64,000 nt of DNA from Vulcanimicrobiota bacterium. Lineage in GTDB: Bacteria; Vulcanimicrobiota; Vulcanimicrobiia; Vulcanimicrobiales; Vulcanimicrobiaceae. Under the pieces are notes generated by a model. It saw only the letters and a program-made list of their open reading frames with translations. It ran no database searches and had not been told where the DNA came from. Positions 60,383 to 64,000 of this stretch are shown here, in pieces (position 1 is the first letter of the stretch; every line of letters begins with the position of its first letter). The DNA lies in contig CAWCIZ010000001.1 in NCBI GenBank assembly GCA_963795855.1, forward strand, positions 320,001 to 384,000. The letters run 5' to 3'. The translations under genes and the position numbers were made by a program.

Positions 60383-61029
60383 AGCGAATCGTTTCGGCGG
60401 CTGCCGCGCTGGTTTTCGCTTGTGCCGCCGCGGCCGTTTCGCTCGTGCCGGCGCACGCGGCCAATCCGGCAATCGCGGATCTGGTCAAACGCATGACCGC
60501 GGCCGACGACCTGCGCAGCTACACGGCGAGCGTTCACGCGGACATTGCGATGCATTCATTTCCGTATTTGAGCCCTTCGCTCGACGGCACGTATTATCAC
60601 AAAGAGCCGAGCAAAAATAAGATCGTTTTCACCAGTGGACTGCCGTTCATTGCCCAACAGTTCAGCAAAGTGTACCCGCAGGTCGAAAGCCCGGCGCGCT
60701 GGGACGCGGTTTATGACATGGCGGTCGAGAGTACGGACGGATCCTACACGACGTTGAAACTGGTGCCGCGCAAGCACGGGCGCATCGATCACATCGACGC
60801 GAAGATCGACGACCGCACCGCCGATCTCGTTCAACTGCGCTGGAATTACAACGACGGCGGGTACGCGACGCTGGATCAGAGTTACGGCGTCGTCGACGGC
60901 CACCGGCTGGTCACGCAGCAGACGGGGCACCTGGACGTTCCGCACTACAACGCGGACCTGAAATCGACGTTCAGCGCCTTCAAACTCAACGCCGACATCC
61001 CGGATTCGATCTTCGCTGATAACGGCTAG
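60379..61029 (+). CDS. secreted LolA-like protein
   Basis: signal peptide, LKLVPRK, C-terminal LNADIPDSIF. Confidence 0.6.
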   Translation: MKRIVSAAAALVFACAAAAVSLVPAHAANPAIADLVKRMTAADDLRSYTASVHADIAMHSFPYLSPSLDGTYYHKEPSKNKIVFTSGLPFIAQQFSKVYPQVESPARWDAVYDMAVESTDGSYTTLKLVPRKHGRIDHIDAKIDDRTADLVQLRWNYNDGGYATLDQSYGVVDGHRLVTQQTGHLDVPHYNADLKSTFSAFKLNADIPDSIFADNG

Positions 61030-61065
61030 CGCGGGGGAAGCTGCGCGTTCGCGGGAATAAGCGCA

Positions 61066-62086
61066 GTGATGGCCGCTCCAATCCTCGACCTGACGCGCGA
61101 ACTGCTCGCGGATCAGTTCAACCGGCCCGTTACGTACGTTCGCATCTCGGTCACGGACAAGTGCAATCTTCGCTGCGTGTACTGCATGCCGGAGCACGGC
61201 CTGCCCTGGCTGCCGAAGAGCGACATCCTTTCGTACGAGGAGATCGCCCAGCTCGGTACGGGCTTTCGCATCGGCGGGCGTGCGCAGCATCCGCTTATCC
61301 GGCGGTGAGCCGCTGATACGCAAGAATCTGGCCCGCCTCGTTGAGGAAATTTCCGCAATCGACGGTATCGACGACATTTCGCTCTCGACGAACGCGCTGC
61401 TGCTGGAAGAGCATGCCGACGCGCTGGCTGCGGCGGGATTGAGGCGCGTAAACGTTTCGCTGGACACGCTTCGCGAAGAGCGCTTTTTCGAAATCGCTCG
61501 GCGCCCCGGGCTCGACCGCGTCATCGCCGGAATCGATGCGGCGATCGCTCGCGGCCTCGAACCCGTCAAAATCAATTGCGTGGTCATGCGCGGCGTCAAC
61601 GACGATGAGATCGAAGCGTTCGCGCAGTGGACGCGCGAGCGCGCGGTCTACGTGCGCTTCATCGAACTGATGCCGGTTCAAGAGAATCTCGGCATCCAGC
61701 GCGACGCGTATATGAGCGCGGACGAAATACTCGAGCGCGTTGCACGCATCGGCGAATTGCAGCCGTCCGCCGGACCCGGAGGTAATGGTCCGGCGCGCTA
61801 TTTCGCGTTCGCGGGCAGCGCAGGCGCCGTCGGCGTCATCAGTCCGCTCTCGCACGATTACTGCGAGCGGTGCAACCGGGTGAGATTGACGGCGGACGGC
61901 CGGCTGCGGCTCTGCTTGTTCGGCGACCACGAAATCGATCTGCGAACGCCGCTGCGGGAAGGCGCCTCGAGTGAAGAGCTGGCGAGCATGCTGCACGCGG
62001 CAATGCTGATAAAACCCGAACGGCACCATCTCAGACTCGGCGAGGCGGCTTCGCGCATGCGCGCTTTCAGCGAAATCGGCGGCTGA
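61066..62086 (+). CDS. moaA: GTP 3',8-cyclase, frameshift near 61260
   Basis: [36 protein letters not shown], terminal IGG. Confidence 0.95.
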
Positions 62087-62149
62087 CCGGCCGAGGGGGC
62101 CGTCACACCGCGCCGAACCTCGACGTTACAAGGCAAAGGGGGCCAGGAC

Positions 62150-63799
62150 GTGGAGCAGGTCTACCTCATAGCCAGGGAAGCACCGGCGGCACACGCGCGC
62201 GTGGAGGCGCTGGTCCGCGAGCATCAGGTGAAACTTGCCCGCTACGTGCGCCGCATGGTCGGGGATGCCGACGTTGCGCTCGACATCGTGCAAGACGTCT
62301 TTTTCGCGGCGTACCGGACGCTGCAGGCGGACGCGGCGCGGCCGCTCACGGCAGGCTGGCTCTACAAGACCGCCACCAACACCTCGATATCATTTTTACG
62401 GAGGAAGAAGATTCTGCGATTCATGCCGCTCGAGCGCGATCCCGACGTGCGTTCGCTGCGCATCGACGAGCGCAGTGCCGCATCGCTCGATCTGCAGGCG
62501 GCTATGCAGCGTCTTCCGGCCGATCAGGCCGCCGCAATCATGCTCACCAGCTACGCCGGGTATTCATCGGCGGAAGCCGCGGCCATCCTCGGCACGACGG
62601 CGGATGCGGTGCGGCAGCGTGTCTGCCGCGCGATGCGCACGCTGCGGGCGGTAATGGCGGAGAGTGACGTGAAATCGAATCTGCACGATCGCATCGAAGC
62701 GATCGCCGGCGCTATAGCGCTCGGTGAAGCCGCCGACGAAGAACGGCGGCATTATCGCGAGCACATCGCCGCGTGCGCGACGTGCCTGCGCGCCTTGGGC
62801 GGTGAGCGCGAGATCGAACGCGTCGCGAGCACCGTTGCATTCGCGCGCGACGAAGAGATTTGGGAGCCGAACCTCGGCGACGTGGTTGGCGCCCGTGCGC
62901 GCGGGCGAGCCCGCGCGCTGCGCTGGAGCGCCGGCGCCGCCGGCCTCGCGATAGCCGCCTCCTTCGGCATCCACCTCGTCTTCGCGGCCGCGGTACCGCG
63001 CATGAACCCCGCGCTCGGTGCGCCGGTCGTCATCAACGCGGGCCCGACGCGCATCGTTCTGGAGCAAAACACCGCCGCGCAGAAACCCGCTCCGCCGGCT
63101 CCGGCTACGCAGCGCCGTATGATCGTAACGCACAATGTGGTACAGATTGGGCGCGCGCCGGATGTCGCGCCGATTGGTGAATCGACGCTCTCCGCAAGAG
63201 TCGAAAGCAAACCGCGCGCGCTCGTGGCAATCACGGTGCATCCCGATCCGACGGCCGCACCGCCCGCGGCTCGCGACAACGTTCCGCCGTGGCGCCGCAA
63301 CAGTGCGTCCTGGCACACGGTTGCGCGAACGACGACCACCTCGGTTACCGAAACTGCGCCGCAAAGCCTGATGCACAGCGCCGAGTCGTTACAACTCGCC
63401 GCGCCTTACACCACGCGCGAAGTCGCGCCGGTCGGCGGCGACGCGGCAATCAATCCGCAGCCGCCGATGATCGCGTATGACGAAGGGGCGGAAGGCACGA
63501 CGGTGTTCGAAGTGCTCGTCGACGAACGCGGCATGCCGACGAAGTGCGTCATTACGAAGCCCGCGGGGTATCCGATTCTCGACGACGCGGTGTGCAAAGC
63601 CGCAATGAAAGCGCGCTATACGCCGAAGCTGGTCGACGGGCGTCCCGCCGCCGGCGTGTATCACGATGCATTCACGTTTCACATGAGCGATCAGGCCTCG
63701 TCCAACATCAACGGCGTGCGATCGCCGATTCCGGACCAAATGCTTCCGCAGCGCCCGCGCACGCCGGGGAGCGATCCAGGCGGCAATCCGGGCGGTTAA
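62150..63799 (+). CDS. ECF sigma factor / zinc anti-sigma / TM / TonB C-terminal domain, one ORF as assembled
   Basis: DIVQDVF, WLYKTATN, region 4 HTH; HIAACATC; TM; VLVDERG...ILDDAVCKAA...YTP. Confidence 0.8.
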   Translation: MEQVYLIAREAPAAHARVEALVREHQVKLARYVRRMVGDADVALDIVQDVFFAAYRTLQADAARPLTAGWLYKTATNTSISFLRRKKILRFMPLERDPDVRSLRIDERSAASLDLQAAMQRLPADQAAAIMLTSYAGYSSAEAAAILGTTADAVRQRVCRAMRTLRAVMAESDVKSNLHDRIEAIAGAIALGEAADEERRHYREHIAACATCLRALGGEREIERVASTVAFARDEEIWEPNLGDVVGARARGRARALRWSAGAAGLAIAASFGIHLVFAAAVPRMNPALGAPVVINAGPTRIVLEQNTAAQKPAPPAPATQRRMIVTHNVVQIGRAPDVAPIGESTLSARVESKPRALVAITVHPDPTAAPPAARDNVPPWRRNSASWHTVARTTTTSVTETAPQSLMHSAESLQLAAPYTTREVAPVGGDAAINPQPPMIAYDEGAEGTTVFEVLVDERGMPTKCVITKPAGYPILDDAVCKAAMKARYTPKLVDGRPAAGVYHDAFTFHMSDQASSNINGVRSPIPDQMLPQRPRTPGSDPGGNPGG

Positions 63800-63809
63800 C
63801 GAACCCGAT

Positions 63810-64000
63810 CTAGTCGACGGACTTCCGGAAGAACGCGAGCATCTTCTCGGGTTCGGGCATGATTCTGAACTCTTCGAACCCCCACGTTTTCGCCTGACGA
63901 AGCGCGCGATTGTCGTTCATCGGCAAGAGAAACGTGAGCGTCTTCACGTTGCGTTTGGCGGCGATGCGCTGCACTTCTTCGACCAGACGGTTTCCGACTT
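63810..64000 (-). CDS. C-terminus of probable GNAT protein, truncated by window edge
   Basis: RLVEEVQRIAAKRNVKTLTF...NRALRQAKTWGFEE. Confidence 0.55.
   Translation of the reverse strand, partial: VGNRLVEEVQRIAAKRNVKTLTFLLPMNDNRALRQAKTWGFEEFRIMPEPEKMLAFFRKSVD

Noticed and set aside
30120..61280. Programmed frameshifting in GGDEF, Crp, phoU, moeB, queG, moaA
   Set aside because: No shared slippery motif seen; better explained by the same indel error process as at 14.7-23.6 kb

Overview
High-GC bacterial chromosomal window. The lineage cannot be assigned from sequence alone; the gene mix is reminiscent of Ca. Eremiobacterota/Vulcanimicrobiota, which is an inference only. Housekeeping content: TopIB operon, five tRNAs (Val, Asp, Phe, Gly, Cys), hemE-hemH-hemG, panE, hisF-hisIE-recG, rsmD-coaD, thiolase/crotonase/3-hydroxyacyl-CoA dehydrogenase, phoU, Moco genes (moaD, moaE, moeB, moaA) and queG. 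Many conserved genes carry indels, very densely at about 14.7-23.6 kb, most likely sequencing or assembly error. Four things stand out. (1) At 29.5-35.6 kb, a coupled GGDEF-EAL / MalT-like STAND ATPase (no HTH) / HD-GYP operon converges on a 105-aa gene encoding a Sec signal peptide plus five DSVSAVPK repeats, divergent from a LuxR gene: a candidate peptide-signalling system linked to c-di-GMP. (2) At 50.0-52.1 kb, a GH1 glycosidase carries a circularly permuted amino-acid-binding (SBP family 3) domain inserted inside its barrel. (3) At 4.4-6.4 kb, an integrase-free array of small cargo genes is delimited by repeated 3' halves of tRNA-Asp, each followed by a terminator-like hairpin. (4) At 62.1-63.8 kb, one ORF joins an ECF sigma factor, a zinc anti-sigma domain and a TonB C-terminal domain.
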